Positions 48,506-58,786 of a stretch of 64,000 bases of DNA are shown piece by piece. The first letter of the stretch is position 1. Each line of letters begins with the position of its first letter. Both the position numbers and the translations under genes were made by a program. The notes under the pieces are model-generated. The model was not told the origin of the DNA. It was given only the letters and a program-made list of their open reading frames with translations, and ran no database searches. Location of the stretch: positions 50,208-114,207 of the forward strand of contig CANNCD010000005.1 of the NCBI GenBank assembly GCA_947503035.1, written 5' to 3'. This DNA comes from an uncultured Halocynthiibacter sp. (GTDB lineage Bacteria; Pseudomonadota; Alphaproteobacteria; Rhodobacterales; Rhodobacteraceae).

Positions 48506-49807
48506 TCATCCAAGCAAAAGGTTCGGTAGCCATGTGACAAGACTTGGCACGAGTGCAAGAAGAATAACAAAGCTTAGCATAATCAAGAAGAACGGCAGAG
48601 CAGCACGCACGATTTGATTTAGCGGCTTGCGCGCCAGGCCTTGCAAGACAAACAAGTTCATCCCAACCGGTGGTGAAATCTGCGCCAGCTCAACCATCAA
48701 GATCAAGAAAACGCCGAACCAAACTTGGTCGTAACCCGCATTGAGCACCAAGGGCAGTGCGATTGGAATGGTGATGACAATGATCGACATGCCTTCAAGA
48801 AAACTCCCGAGAACGACATAGATCACAATCAGCAACAGAATGAGCATCAACGGTGCGAGATCCAGACTTTCGATATAGCGTTCAATCGCTTGCGGCATTC
48901 CAAGGAAGCCCATTGCTACCGAAAGGAAGGACGCAGCAGCGATAATTAAGCCCAACATAGATACGGTCCGCGAGGTTCCTATCGCCGCGGCGGAAAGCGC
49001 CGTAATGGAGAGCGACCCTTCAATTGCCATGATCCCAACGGTTGCGACGACGGCAACGGCAGCCGCCTCTGTTGGGCTCGCGATGCCTGAATACATGGAT
49101 CCGAGAATAGCCGTCATTAACGCCATGAACGGCAAGAGTTTCGGAAGGCGCGTAAAACGGGTACGCCAAATATTTTCATCAGTCGCTTCGGCCGTCCCAA
49201 ACTTTTCAGGCTTCAAGACTGCCATGATCATGACAAAGCCCATGAAACACAGAGCAAGCAACAAGCCCGGCACTAAGCCTGCCGCGAACAGTTTAAGGAC
49301 CGATGTTTGGGACAGAACACCGTAGATAATCATTACGATGCTCGGAGGAATGAGGAAGCCAAGCGTCCCTGCGCCCGCAAGGGTACCATAGGTCAACTGT
49401 TCATCGTATCCACGATCGCGAAGCTCATTGATCGTGATTCGCCCAACCGAGCTCGTGGTCGCAGCAGACGAACCAGAAATCAGCGCGAACAATGTACACC
49501 CGACAATATTGATATGTAGCAGGCCGCCAGGCAGATAACGCAACCATGGTTCGAGCGCCTCAAAGAGCCCGTCAATGAAGCGAGACCGATAGAGTAGCTC
49601 TGCCATCATGATAAACAATGGCAGAGCCAACAATTCCGGCGAACTGAGGCCGTTCCACATCGCCTGAGCCAACAGTTTCTCAACCGGCATCGAGCGGAAA
49701 ATCTCAAGACTAACGACGCCAATGCCGACCAACCCCAAGCCCACCCAAGCGCCAGACCCCAGAATGAGTACAAGTAAGATAAGAGGTAGAATTACAGATG
49801 CTGGCAT
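48506..49807 (-). CDS. TRAP transporter large permease (DctM family)
   Basis: 433-aa polytopic ORF. It is last in the P-Q-M gene order. Confidence 0.9.
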   Translation of the reverse strand: MPASVILPLILLVLILGSGAWVGLGLVGIGVVSLEIFRSMPVEKLLAQAMWNGLSSPELLALPLFIMMAELLYRSRFIDGLFEALEPWLRYLPGGLLHINIVGCTLFALISGSSAATTSSVGRITINELRDRGYDEQLTYGTLAGAGTLGFLIPPSIVMIIYGVLSQTSVLKLFAAGLVPGLLLALCFMGFVMIMAVLKPEKFGTAEATDENIWRTRFTRLPKLLPFMALMTAILGSMYSGIASPTEAAAVAVVATVGIMAIEGSLSITALSAAAIGTSRTVSMLGLIIAAASFLSVAMGFLGMPQAIERYIESLDLAPLMLILLLIVIYVVLGSFLEGMSIIVITIPIALPLVLNAGYDQVWFGVFLILMVELAQISPPVGMNLFVLQGLARKPLNQIVRAALPFFLIMLSFVILLALVPSLVTWLPNLLLG

Positions 49808-49840
49808 AGCGAAAAGAGTCCAATAGGGGGGTGGATAAAT

Positions 49841-50326
49841 TTAAGTGGAGGGATCAAGTTCTTCGGGCTGATTGCGTAACAAACACACAGCGCGCATCAG
49901 AATTTGCAGCGACAACAAACACGCGCCGAATGCGATTATGGCCGACGGGTAGACCAGTGGGGTATCCGTGATCGACCCGCTGGTGCGTCCAGACTTGAAG
50001 TAGGACCAGCAGAGCTGAACCAGCGCGGAACTCACGTAGAGTGAAATCACAAATCCTAAACCTAGCCCCAGCCATTCTGCACCACGTGGCAACACCGATT
50101 TGAGCAAAGTCACGCGAATATGCCCGCCAGTACGCAACGTCCACGCAAGCCCTAAGAATACCGCAGACATGTGAACAAAAACGCCAAGTTCCCACAGGAA
50201 ATGCAGGCTGATACCAAAGAGATTGCGTAGAACAATTTCAAGGACAATGAAGACAGCAACCGCGCCAAGCGCGACCCCCGAAAGCAAAGATAAGCACCGA
50301 GTGAACCGATCCATTGCGTTAATCAT
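49841..50326 (-). CDS. TRAP transporter small permease (DctQ family)
   Basis: 161 aa with 4 predicted TM segments, between the DctP- and DctM-type genes. Confidence 0.85.
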   Translation of the reverse strand: MINAMDRFTRCLSLLSGVALGAVAVFIVLEIVLRNLFGISLHFLWELGVFVHMSAVFLGLAWTLRTGGHIRVTLLKSVLPRGAEWLGLGLGFVISLYVSSALVQLCWSYFKSGRTSGSITDTPLVYPSAIIAFGACLLSLQILMRAVCLLRNQPEELDPST

Positions 50327-50386
50327 TATCTATCACCTTTGTTGAATGACGATCCCAACCTATATGGTCAGGATCGCAAATACGTT

Positions 50387-51352
50387 TTATTGAGCTGCGG
50401 CGTAGCCATCTAGGATTGCTTTGGCTTTATCACCAAGGCTTTCCAGTGCCGCTTCACGCATTGGTGTTGCGCGCTCGACGAGAGCATTGTGAAGATCGTC
50501 TGAGACCTCACCCAACGTCATGCCGTTTTCCGCCAGAATGGCTTTCTTCGCAGCATCTTCTGCCCGAGCGGTTTCCCAAAATGTAGGCTGAAGATCCGTT
50601 GCGACTTTCTCGATCGCAGCTTGATCTTCTTCACTTAGGCCTGCCCAAGCATCTGCATTCACAGTCATCGCATTCAGGTTCCAAGAATGCGATGTTGGGT
50701 AGCCGTGTGACAAGAATTCCCAGAAAGAGCCATCAACCGCAGAAGATGAAGACGTTACAACCCCCTCGATTGCTCCGGATGCAAGAGATGGGATGACCTC
50801 GCCCCAAGGCAATTGCACTGATGTCATGCCCGCGGCGCTATATACTTCTGTCGAAGTTTTATCATAGGTACGAACACGAATGTTCGCGAGCGAGTCGATG
50901 TCCGTCAGCTCTTGCTTTACCCACACCTGCGGCGCTGGCCAAGGAATTGTGTAGAGAACCTTTTGATTGTGGCTGTCCATGATATCTTCAAGATCATCGC
51001 GGAAATAGTCATCGAAGCTTTCAAATGCATCAAAGGACGCGAACATAAACGGCAGACCAGGAAGGCCAAGAAGAGGTTCATCGCCAATTTGCTGTGGCAA
51101 AAGAAGGTCACCAATCGGGACCAAACCATCACGCACCGCGCCCAACATCTCTGGGCCTTTGAAGCCCAATGAACCACCGGGGTGAATTGTGATGTCAACG
51201 CGGCCGTCTGTGGCAGCTTTGACCTCTTCGGCAAAAACACCTGCGCTTTGCGTGATGAAATTGCCTTCTGGCCATGCCATCGGCAAATCCCAATTATCGG
51301 CAAGGGCCGGTGTTGTGGCGAGTGTGAGCGCTGCAATAGTGCGAATGAACAT
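50387..51352 (-). CDS. TRAP transporter substrate-binding protein (DctP family)
   Basis: Start set at MFIRTIAALTLATTPALA (signal peptide). Confidence 0.85.
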   Translation of the reverse strand: MFIRTIAALTLATTPALADNWDLPMAWPEGNFITQSAGVFAEEVKAATDGRVDITIHPGGSLGFKGPEMLGAVRDGLVPIGDLLLPQQIGDEPLLGLPGLPFMFASFDAFESFDDYFRDDLEDIMDSHNQKVLYTIPWPAPQVWVKQELTDIDSLANIRVRTYDKTSTEVYSAAGMTSVQLPWGEVIPSLASGAIEGVVTSSSSAVDGSFWEFLSHGYPTSHSWNLNAMTVNADAWAGLSEEDQAAIEKVATDLQPTFWETARAEDAAKKAILAENGMTLGEVSDDLHNALVERATPMREAALESLGDKAKAILDGYAAAQ

Positions 51353-51965
51353 TTCGGAATCCCCAAATTGGCTGAAAAGGTTGTTTGATTGTTCCAACGT
51401 TATTCATCGTCAACAAGATAAACAGAGATATAATTTCACCCAATTTCATTCCTTAAGGGAATGATTTAGATTTTCTAGTCACCCAAGATGTCGGCCCCCT
51501 TGGGTCACAAGTGAACTTTCTATACGCCTTTTAACACCACGTCTGCAGGAGCATTCTTGCGCCACGTGTTGGCGTCAGGGGCAGGATGCTTACATTATTA
51601 TATAAATAACAAAACCTTAACGAGACAATAGTGCTCCTCCAAAAGCCAATTAACAATGTCGACGTATACATTTCAATACATCACAGGGCACTTGATAAGA
51701 TCTTTCTACTGGCTTGAGACGGAGGATGCTTGCCTTCAAAACCCCGTGGCTGGCGTCGAAGATCTGGTCAACTCTTGGTGGAAAACTGAGTTACCGCGAA
51801 GCACCCAAACCTGTAAGAAACGGTCGTAATTTTTTCGACAAAGCAACCGCAGGTGATGAAAATATGTGCACAGAAACCGCTATTCTTCGCCGCCGCAACA
51901 GGCGCCCCACATTTAAGTCGACCCCCAATGCGCCTAAGTGCGGTTCGTAGGTTCACCACATTAAG

Positions 51966-52727
51966 TCACACTTTGTAGCCAGCAATCGACAATCCAGCCC
52001 TTTCAATGCCGGAACGAATTGCCATTGCAAGTTCCACGCTACCAGGGGTGTCGCTGTGAACGAGCACAGAGTCGAATTCACACGGTACTTCGCGCCCATC
52101 CAGCAAAGTCAGTTTTCCACTGGCGAGCGTATTTGCAACACGGTCTTCAACGCTTTTTAGGTCTTTGATCAATGCGCCCTTTGTGCCGCGCGGAGCAAGC
52201 CTTCCAGCCTCCACATAGCCGCGGTCCGCCAAAAAAGACCTGATTACCGGAATGTTGGCATCCTCTGCCGCGATTGCCGCTTCTGTGTTTGGAAGGCCCA
52301 CGAACTGCAATGTGGGATCAAAAGACTTCATCGCTGCGATAAGAGTACGCGCGACGTCGGCATCACCAAATGACAGGTTGCCCAAAGCGCCATGAAAGTT
52401 CGCATGAGTGAGTTTTTGTCCCTTGTGCTCTGCAATCGCGCTGAGTGCGCCCAGCTGTGCGATCGTCTCAAGTTCTAGTTCTTTCAATGACATACTTAAC
52501 GCGCGCCGGCCAAATCCACTTCGATCTGGATACCCCACATGCCCCCCAATCCGAACGTTGTGAGTGGCCGCAAATCCTATCGTACGCTCCATCACCACGG
52601 GATCCCCCGCGTGTGCACCGCACGCGATGTTTGCCGATGTGATCAAGGGCATAAGGGTTTCGTCCGGCGCGATTTCGTAGGGGCCAAAACCTTCGCCCAA
52701 ATCGGAATTTACATCAATCGTTCTCAT
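51966..52727 (-). CDS. pxpA: 5-oxoprolinase subunit A (LamB/YcsF family)
   Basis: N-terminus MRTIDVNSDLGEGFGPY. Start at 52727 preceded by GGGAGA. Confidence 0.9.
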   Translation of the reverse strand: MRTIDVNSDLGEGFGPYEIAPDETLMPLITSANIACGAHAGDPVVMERTIGFAATHNVRIGGHVGYPDRSGFGRRALSMSLKELELETIAQLGALSAIAEHKGQKLTHANFHGALGNLSFGDADVARTLIAAMKSFDPTLQFVGLPNTEAAIAAEDANIPVIRSFLADRGYVEAGRLAPRGTKGALIKDLKSVEDRVANTLASGKLTLLDGREVPCEFDSVLVHSDTPGSVELAMAIRSGIERAGLSIAGYKV

Positions 52728-52737
52728 TATTGTCTCC

Positions 52738-53709
52738 CTAGGCGATATTGCGTAAGCCATTCATGATCTTTCGTACGCGGTCCGAGTGGGCATTTTGAGT
52801 ACGCAGCGCGATCTTTGCCTCGTCGATACTACAAGGTGCAAACCGGATTGACTTGCCTATCGGGACTTGTGCGAGCACCGACATGTCAGCCTCGATGACT
52901 TTACCAAGTTTCGGATATCCGCCGGCCGTATTTGCGTCTTTCATCTGAACGACGGGCTGCCCTGACGGAGGCAACTGAATTGTACCGGGCAAAATTCCAT
53001 GCGATAGCATTTCTTTGTGGACTTTTGGGGAAATTTGAACGCCATTTAGACGGTAGCCGACCCGGTTGCTATCGGGACTGATGACCCATTCCTCGTCCAA
53101 GAATTTTCTTTGATTGGCCGCGTCAAGGTCTTCCCACTCGCGCGCTGGGATAAACAGCAGCGTAGGGCACGCGGTAAAGTCCCTGAATAGGTCAGGGAAC
53201 TCACGCGGGCTAAGGCCTTTTGGGCGCATTTCACGGCCTTTGCGCGCTGGTCCAACATCCAAGACATCGCCCGCTTTTAACAAACGCCCAGACAAACCAC
53301 CAAAGCCCCCCTTAAGGTCGGTAGACTTTGATCCAAGAACAGTCGGCACATCGATACCACCGGCAACACACAGATAACTGCGCATGCCTGACGCGCATGG
53401 TCCTACGCTCAACCGCTGTCCTTTATGAAAGGTCTGCGCCCACCATCGATGTATCGGTTTCCCGTCAATCTTTGCTTGGATTGGAGCCCCGCCAATACAG
53501 ATTTCGATGTCGCGAGTGGCCTCGACTTCAAACCCGCCAAACGTAAACTCAAGGGCGGCTGCGGTATCTGGGTTGCCAACGGCCGCATTGCCGACCTTCA
53601 ACGCCAAGGCATCCATCGCGCCACAGCGCCCGACCCCATCCGATAGGTAACCAACCCGCCCAGCGTCTTGAACACTTGCGTAAAAGCCGGGCTTCAATAT
53701 CCTGATCAT
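52738..53709 (-). CDS. pxpC: 5-oxoprolinase subunit C (KipA / allophanate hydrolase subunit 2 family)
   Basis: 323 aa with the N-terminus MIRILKPGFYASVQDAGR. 4-nt overlap with pxpB. Confidence 0.9.
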   Translation of the reverse strand: MIRILKPGFYASVQDAGRVGYLSDGVGRCGAMDALALKVGNAAVGNPDTAAALEFTFGGFEVEATRDIEICIGGAPIQAKIDGKPIHRWWAQTFHKGQRLSVGPCASGMRSYLCVAGGIDVPTVLGSKSTDLKGGFGGLSGRLLKAGDVLDVGPARKGREMRPKGLSPREFPDLFRDFTACPTLLFIPAREWEDLDAANQRKFLDEEWVISPDSNRVGYRLNGVQISPKVHKEMLSHGILPGTIQLPPSGQPVVQMKDANTAGGYPKLGKVIEADMSVLAQVPIGKSIRFAPCSIDEAKIALRTQNAHSDRVRKIMNGLRNIA

Positions 53710-54353
53710 GCCGCACCCTCTCGTGCAACGAACCGGACCCGATCCCGTGCGGACAACAGCGAGGGCTGCTTCCGGTTCTCATCAAAAAGCTCAATCTCGG
53801 TGTGACCTAATATATGCCATCCAGATGGTGACGTCCGAGAAATAATGCCAGTTTGTCCACCTCCGATCGCAACACTCCCCGCTTCGACGCGAACTCTGGG
53901 AGATGCGCGGCGGGGGCAGTGAAGTCGTTCATCCAATCCACCCAAATAGGGAAACCCTGGCTGGCTTCCGAGTGCGAAGACAATGTATTCTGTGGCAGTG
54001 TGTATGCGCACGACTTCTGCAGGGGTGAGCCCTTCAGCATGGGCCAAATCAGCGAGATCCTCGCCATTGTAACGAACCGGTATTTCCACGACTGTGTCTG
54101 ACGGTTCTAACGGTGTAAGAGTTTCCCACAGCCGAAAAACGTGATCACACACAGCATCATCCGTCGCATCGGGCCCAAGACAGAGCAGCAGACTGTGTAC
54201 GCCAAGGACACAGGCCTGGACCATTTCGAGATCATGGCAGTGTTGCTCCAAGGCCCAAAATCTTGCCTGCGTCTCTCGCATGAGCGGGCCATCACACTGG
54301 AACAACACCGCCTCTTCACCTAGATGAGACACATGGAGCGCAGGTGTTGTCAT
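53706..54353 (-). CDS. pxpB: 5-oxoprolinase subunit B (KipI / allophanate hydrolase subunit 1 family)
   Basis: 215-aa cyclophilin-like KipI-family sequence, in the pxpB-pxpC-pxpA gene order. Confidence 0.9.
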   Translation of the reverse strand: MTTPALHVSHLGEEAVLFQCDGPLMRETQARFWALEQHCHDLEMVQACVLGVHSLLLCLGPDATDDAVCDHVFRLWETLTPLEPSDTVVEIPVRYNGEDLADLAHAEGLTPAEVVRIHTATEYIVFALGSQPGFPYLGGLDERLHCPRRASPRVRVEAGSVAIGGGQTGIISRTSPSGWHILGHTEIELFDENRKQPSLLSARDRVRFVAREGAA

Positions 54354-54414
54354 TTGGTTCTCTCTTGATTGGCATAGCGTGGGCCGGTTCGGCCGATCAT
54401 CATCTTATTTCGGA

Positions 54415-54846
54415 TTACCGGACCACATAAACAGAACAGTGTGCATGGCGCACAATACGAGCCGCGTTCGGTCCAAGCATGTAGTGAGACCTATCTGCTT
54501 TGTGGCTTCCAACCACGATCATAGATGGCCGTGTTTGATCCGCCAGACTAAGCACCTCTTCATAGGCGCGACCTGTGGCAACGACGTGGCGCAGTTTTGC
54601 ATTTGCCTCGGCGCCCAAGGCCTCGCACGCCAGTGTATTCAGCAGGTTCTTTGCCTCTTCCAACATATGATCGTGGTGATCCTTGCTGAAGAAACTGCCG
54701 ACACTGCTCATACCAAAATCAGGGATCACCGCGATGACATCAAGTTGCTTGTTCCGCAAAGTCGCCATCTCTTGGGCTGCTTTGATGGTTTGGATGTCAT
54801 CATTTCCGTTGCTGACGTCGACTGCGCAAAGAATGGGACCGGTCAT
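54415..54846 (-). CDS. universal stress protein (UspA family)
   Basis: 143 aa. ILCAVDVS at the N-terminus and VVGSH...GPNAARIVRHAHCSVYVV at the C-terminus. ATGA overlap with the permease gene. Confidence 0.9.
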   Translation of the reverse strand: MTGPILCAVDVSNGNDDIQTIKAAQEMATLRNKQLDVIAVIPDFGMSSVGSFFSKDHHDHMLEEAKNLLNTLACEALGAEANAKLRHVVATGRAYEEVLSLADQTRPSMIVVGSHKADRSHYMLGPNAARIVRHAHCSVYVVR

Positions 54847-57452
54847 GAGGGAACTCCTTCTCGCGACATGCGCGCGCGTTGCAAGAATGCGATTAAAGCC
54901 AAGAACGCCAATGCCGGCAGGAAGACGATTTCTTTTGCCATTTGATCAGCGGGCGCTTGGACGGATGCGATTTTGACGGGCGCATCGCCGTAGAAATCAA
55001 AGCCATTAAGGGTGCTGCTGAACGCAGAGCCAAAGGATGGCTCGTCCATATTCACAGCATCACCGTCTTTGAGAAGCAAGAGACCAAACTCTGCGAGACG
55101 ATTATCGCTAGACCCTTCGGTGTCAATCGGCAGAACCAATGTTGTCTGTTTGGTCTCACCCGTATCGTAGTCCGGACCAGATACGACGAGACGCAGCTCT
55201 TCGCCAACAGCAGCATCGCCAAGCGCTTGGGTGAAAGCGGCCGGTTCGATTGCTTCGAAAGGTGGCAGAATACGGTTCATCACAAAGTCAGGGCGGAACA
55301 AGACGAATGCGACCAGCACGAGTGCGACGCTTTCATAAATGCGGCTCTTGGTGAGGAACCATCCCATTGTACCGGCAGTAAACACAAGGATGGCAATGGA
55401 CGCCGTGACGAAGACCACAATGCCCTGCCACCACGTGACATCAATAAGCAGCAAGTCAGTGTTAAAGATAAAGACAAACGGCAATGCCACGGTGCGCAAG
55501 CTGTAGAAAAAGGCGACAAAACCGGTTTTGATCGCGTCACCGCCAGAAACAGCAGCAGCGGCGAAACTGGCAAGGCCCACAGGCGGCGTCACGTCGGCCA
55601 TGATACCGAAGTAGAACACAAACAAGTGGACCGCGATGAGAGGCACAATGAGACCAGACTGGGCCCCAAGCTCTACCACGACGCCAGCCATCAAAGATGA
55701 CACCACGATGTAGTTCGCCGTCGTAGGAAGACCCATGCCCAGGATGAGGGACAGAAGTCCAACCATCACCAGCGTCAAAATCAAGTTGCCTCCAGACAGA
55801 AACTCAACCAAATCGGCCATCACTTGACCAACACCCGTAAGAGTGACCGTGCCCACAATCACGCCAGCCGTCGCAGTGGCAAGGCCGATGCCGATCATAT
55901 TGCGCGCCCCATCAATGAGACCTTGCGTCAGATCCACTACGCCTTCTTTAAAGGCATTGGCCGTGTCATTTTCACCGCGGAAAATTGCCTTGAGGGGACG
56001 CTGAGTGAGCAAGATTACAAACAAAAGCATGGTCGCCCAGAACGCAGACAAGCCCGGGGATTTTTGCTCAATCATCAAAAAATAGACCAGTACGATGATT
56101 GGCAAAAGGTAGTAAAGACCGGCTTTATAGATCTCGGCCACAACCGGTAGTTCAACGGTCTTCGCATGGGGATCATCCGCCTCCAAGTCAGAGACACCGG
56201 ACGCAAGATACAAAAGCCCAACATAGGCTGCGAAAATCAACAGGGACATGACAGGTGCAGACATTGATGGCACCAAAGATGTCACCAATTTCACGGGATA
56301 TTGCACACCATAGCAAAGCGCCGCAAAGCCAGCGAAGAATGCGGCCATACCGCCAATGGTTTTGCCCATGGACACCACGCGATTGCCAAGGGTTGGCATG
56401 TTGTTTTTCACCGCTTCGAGGTGAACGATGTATACGAGTGCGATGTAAGAAATCGCCGCTGGCAAGAACGCATGAGTGATCACTTCAACATAGGAAATGC
56501 CCACGTATTCCACCATCAAGAACGCCGCGGCGCCCATCACCGGCGGCATGATTTGACCGTTTACAGAAGACGCCACCTCAACTGCGCCTGCTTTTTCGGA
56601 TGAGAAGCCAACACGTTTCATAAGTGGGATCGTGAACGTGCCAGTGGTCACGACATTCGCAATGGAAGAGCCAGAAATGAGACCCGTTGCAGCAGAACCA
56701 ACAACAGCCGCCTTTGCTGGGCCGCCGCGCAAATGACCAAGCGCGCCGAATGCCATCTTGATGAAATAATTGCCGGCCCCCGCTTTGTCGAGAAGCGCAC
56801 CGAACAACACAAACAGGAACACGAATTTCGTAGAAACCCCGAGCGCGATGCCAAAGACACCTTCGGAGGTGATCCACATGTGGCTCATAGCTTTCTTAAG
56901 AGAGGCCCCTTTCCAACGGATCACATCGGGGATGATTTCTGACGATCCAAAGAACACATAGGCAAGGAAAACAGTCGCGATGATGGCCATAGCAGGGCCG
57001 AGCGCGCGCCGCGCCCCTTCGAACAAGATAAGCAAACCCGCCAGCGCGAACCATTTATCGACGTCATCCGCAAGGCCGCCTGCCGCTACAACTTTTTGGT
57101 AGAAAAAGAAACCATACAGGGCGATGAACGCGCCGAAAAGGCCCAAGAACCAGTCGGCTATTGGAATGTAATTGCGAGGGCTGGCTTTGAAGGCGGGATA
57201 GGCCATAAAGGCAAGAAACACCGCAAAGGCCAAGTGAACTTGGCGTGAGTTGTTGATGATATCACCAGGCAGAATGTAATTTGCGAGCGGCGAAGCAAGC
57301 AAAACCTGAAAGAGTGACCACACAACCGCGACGATCGAGATAAAGATGCCCACAGACCCCGCTGGGTTGCGCGCCCCCGCATCAGACGATGCGACAAGCT
57401 CTTGCAGCTCCTCTTCGGTTAATGGTCGGTTTTCCGTCGATTTATCTATCAT
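54843..57452 (-). CDS. TAXI-type TRAP transporter fused (4TM/12TM) permease
   Basis: 869-aa polytopic ORF directly downstream of a TAXI receptor gene. Confidence 0.9.
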   Translation of the reverse strand: MIDKSTENRPLTEEELQELVASSDAGARNPAGSVGIFISIVAVVWSLFQVLLASPLANYILPGDIINNSRQVHLAFAVFLAFMAYPAFKASPRNYIPIADWFLGLFGAFIALYGFFFYQKVVAAGGLADDVDKWFALAGLLILFEGARRALGPAMAIIATVFLAYVFFGSSEIIPDVIRWKGASLKKAMSHMWITSEGVFGIALGVSTKFVFLFVLFGALLDKAGAGNYFIKMAFGALGHLRGGPAKAAVVGSAATGLISGSSIANVVTTGTFTIPLMKRVGFSSEKAGAVEVASSVNGQIMPPVMGAAAFLMVEYVGISYVEVITHAFLPAAISYIALVYIVHLEAVKNNMPTLGNRVVSMGKTIGGMAAFFAGFAALCYGVQYPVKLVTSLVPSMSAPVMSLLIFAAYVGLLYLASGVSDLEADDPHAKTVELPVVAEIYKAGLYYLLPIIVLVYFLMIEQKSPGLSAFWATMLLFVILLTQRPLKAIFRGENDTANAFKEGVVDLTQGLIDGARNMIGIGLATATAGVIVGTVTLTGVGQVMADLVEFLSGGNLILTLVMVGLLSLILGMGLPTTANYIVVSSLMAGVVVELGAQSGLIVPLIAVHLFVFYFGIMADVTPPVGLASFAAAAVSGGDAIKTGFVAFFYSLRTVALPFVFIFNTDLLLIDVTWWQGIVVFVTASIAILVFTAGTMGWFLTKSRIYESVALVLVAFVLFRPDFVMNRILPPFEAIEPAAFTQALGDAAVGEELRLVVSGPDYDTGETKQTTLVLPIDTEGSSDNRLAEFGLLLLKDGDAVNMDEPSFGSAFSSTLNGFDFYGDAPVKIASVQAPADQMAKEIVFLPALAFLALIAFLQRARMSREGVPS

Positions 57453-57490
57453 GGCTGTCTCTCTTACCTCGCGAATTTTTCCGCGCTATC

Positions 57491-57523
57491 AAAACAAAAA
57501 CGAAGGGGCACCGAAGTGCCCCT
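57491..57523 (-). terminator. intra-operon rho-independent terminator/attenuator between the TAXI receptor and permease genes
   Basis: 8-bp GC-rich stem AGGGGCAC / GTGCCCCT with a 4-nt loop (57504-57523). On the minus strand it is followed by TCGTTTTTGTTTT. Confidence 0.65.
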
Positions 57524-57544
57524 CCTAGAAACGTAAGGTTTGAG

Positions 57545-58513
57545 TTAGTCAATCAGACCGGCTTCTTTGTAGTACTTCTCGGCGCCAGCGTGCAGCGGCG
57601 CAGATAGGCCAGCGGTTGCCATTGCCTTTGGATCAAGATTGGCAAAAGCAGGGTGCAACTTGCGGAAGTCTTCGATGTTTTCAAAGACGGCTTTCACAAT
57701 CGTATAAACCGCCTCTTCTGATACGTCCGTGGAAGAAACGAATGTCGCACCAACGCCGAATGTCGACACGTCTGCGTCACTGCCGCGATACATGCCACCC
57801 GGAATTGTAGCCGTACGGTAGAACGGATTGTCCGCAATCAGGCCGTCAACCTCAGCACCATCAACGGTTACAAGAACGGAATCACATGCGGTTGTTGCTT
57901 CTTGGATCGTGCCAGAAGGGTGGCCAACGGTTACAACCATCGCATCGATTTGGTTGTCACAAAGGGCTGCGGATTGCTCGGCGACTTTCATTTCAGTTGC
58001 CAAAGCGAACGCGTCTTGACCCCAACCTTTGGCTGCCATCAAGGTTTCCATCGTGCCGCGCTGGCCAGAGCCTGGGTTGCCGATGTTTACACGCTTGCCT
58101 TTTAGGTCATCAAAGTTGGTGATACCTGCATCTGCACGGGCAACAACGGTGAATGGCTCTGGATGCACAGAAAAGACTGCGCGAAGGCCTTCGAACGCAC
58201 CGGCCTCTTCAAAGCGCGACGTGCCGTGAAACGCGTGGTGTTGCCAATCGGATTGCGCCACACCGAACTCCAATTCGCCTTCGCGGATCGTGTTGATGTT
58301 GTAGACGGAACCACCCGTGGACTCGACTGAGCAACGAATGCCGTGCTCTTTGCGATCTTTGTTTACAAGACGACAGATCGCGCCACCAGTAGGATAGTAA
58401 ACGCCTGTGACACCACCAGTACCGATTGTGATGAATTCCTCTGCGAACGCAGCTGGCGCTAGAAATGTTGTAAGCGCCACCGCTGTAATTGAAGATTTTA
58501 GTTTGGATTGCAT
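57545..58513 (-). CDS. TAXI family TRAP transporter solute receptor
   Basis: Signal peptide, then the TAXI hallmark TIGTGGVTGVYYPTGGAICRL. Confidence 0.9.
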   Translation of the reverse strand: MQSKLKSSITAVALTTFLAPAAFAEEFITIGTGGVTGVYYPTGGAICRLVNKDRKEHGIRCSVESTGGSVYNINTIREGELEFGVAQSDWQHHAFHGTSRFEEAGAFEGLRAVFSVHPEPFTVVARADAGITNFDDLKGKRVNIGNPGSGQRGTMETLMAAKGWGQDAFALATEMKVAEQSAALCDNQIDAMVVTVGHPSGTIQEATTACDSVLVTVDGAEVDGLIADNPFYRTATIPGGMYRGSDADVSTFGVGATFVSSTDVSEEAVYTIVKAVFENIEDFRKLHPAFANLDPKAMATAGLSAPLHAGAEKYYKEAGLID

Positions 58514-58544
58514 CCCTGAACTCCCGGTTCTGTTAAATTATAAT

Positions 58545-58564
58545 TATCTGGTCTGTGCCAGATA
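58545..58564. promoter_or_regulatory. dyad TATCTGG-N6-CCAGATA upstream of the TAXI gene
   Basis: 7-bp perfect arms, 32-51 nt upstream of the start codon. Confidence 0.3.
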
Positions 58565-58786
58565 TCTGGGCGAACCTCGTTGCGTCATATTTTTCTGAGG
58601 CAACAAAACCAACCATCGTCAATTTACCACTAGGCTGCCCCAATTGATTAACGAGATTTTGGACTTTCGATACATTCCATAAGGGACTTGATCGGACGTA
58701 AATTCATTCCGAACTGGGCGCAGCGAGGAATGATACACGGGAAGACGCGCGATCGAAACGGGCCAACCGCACCTCTGGCGCTATGC

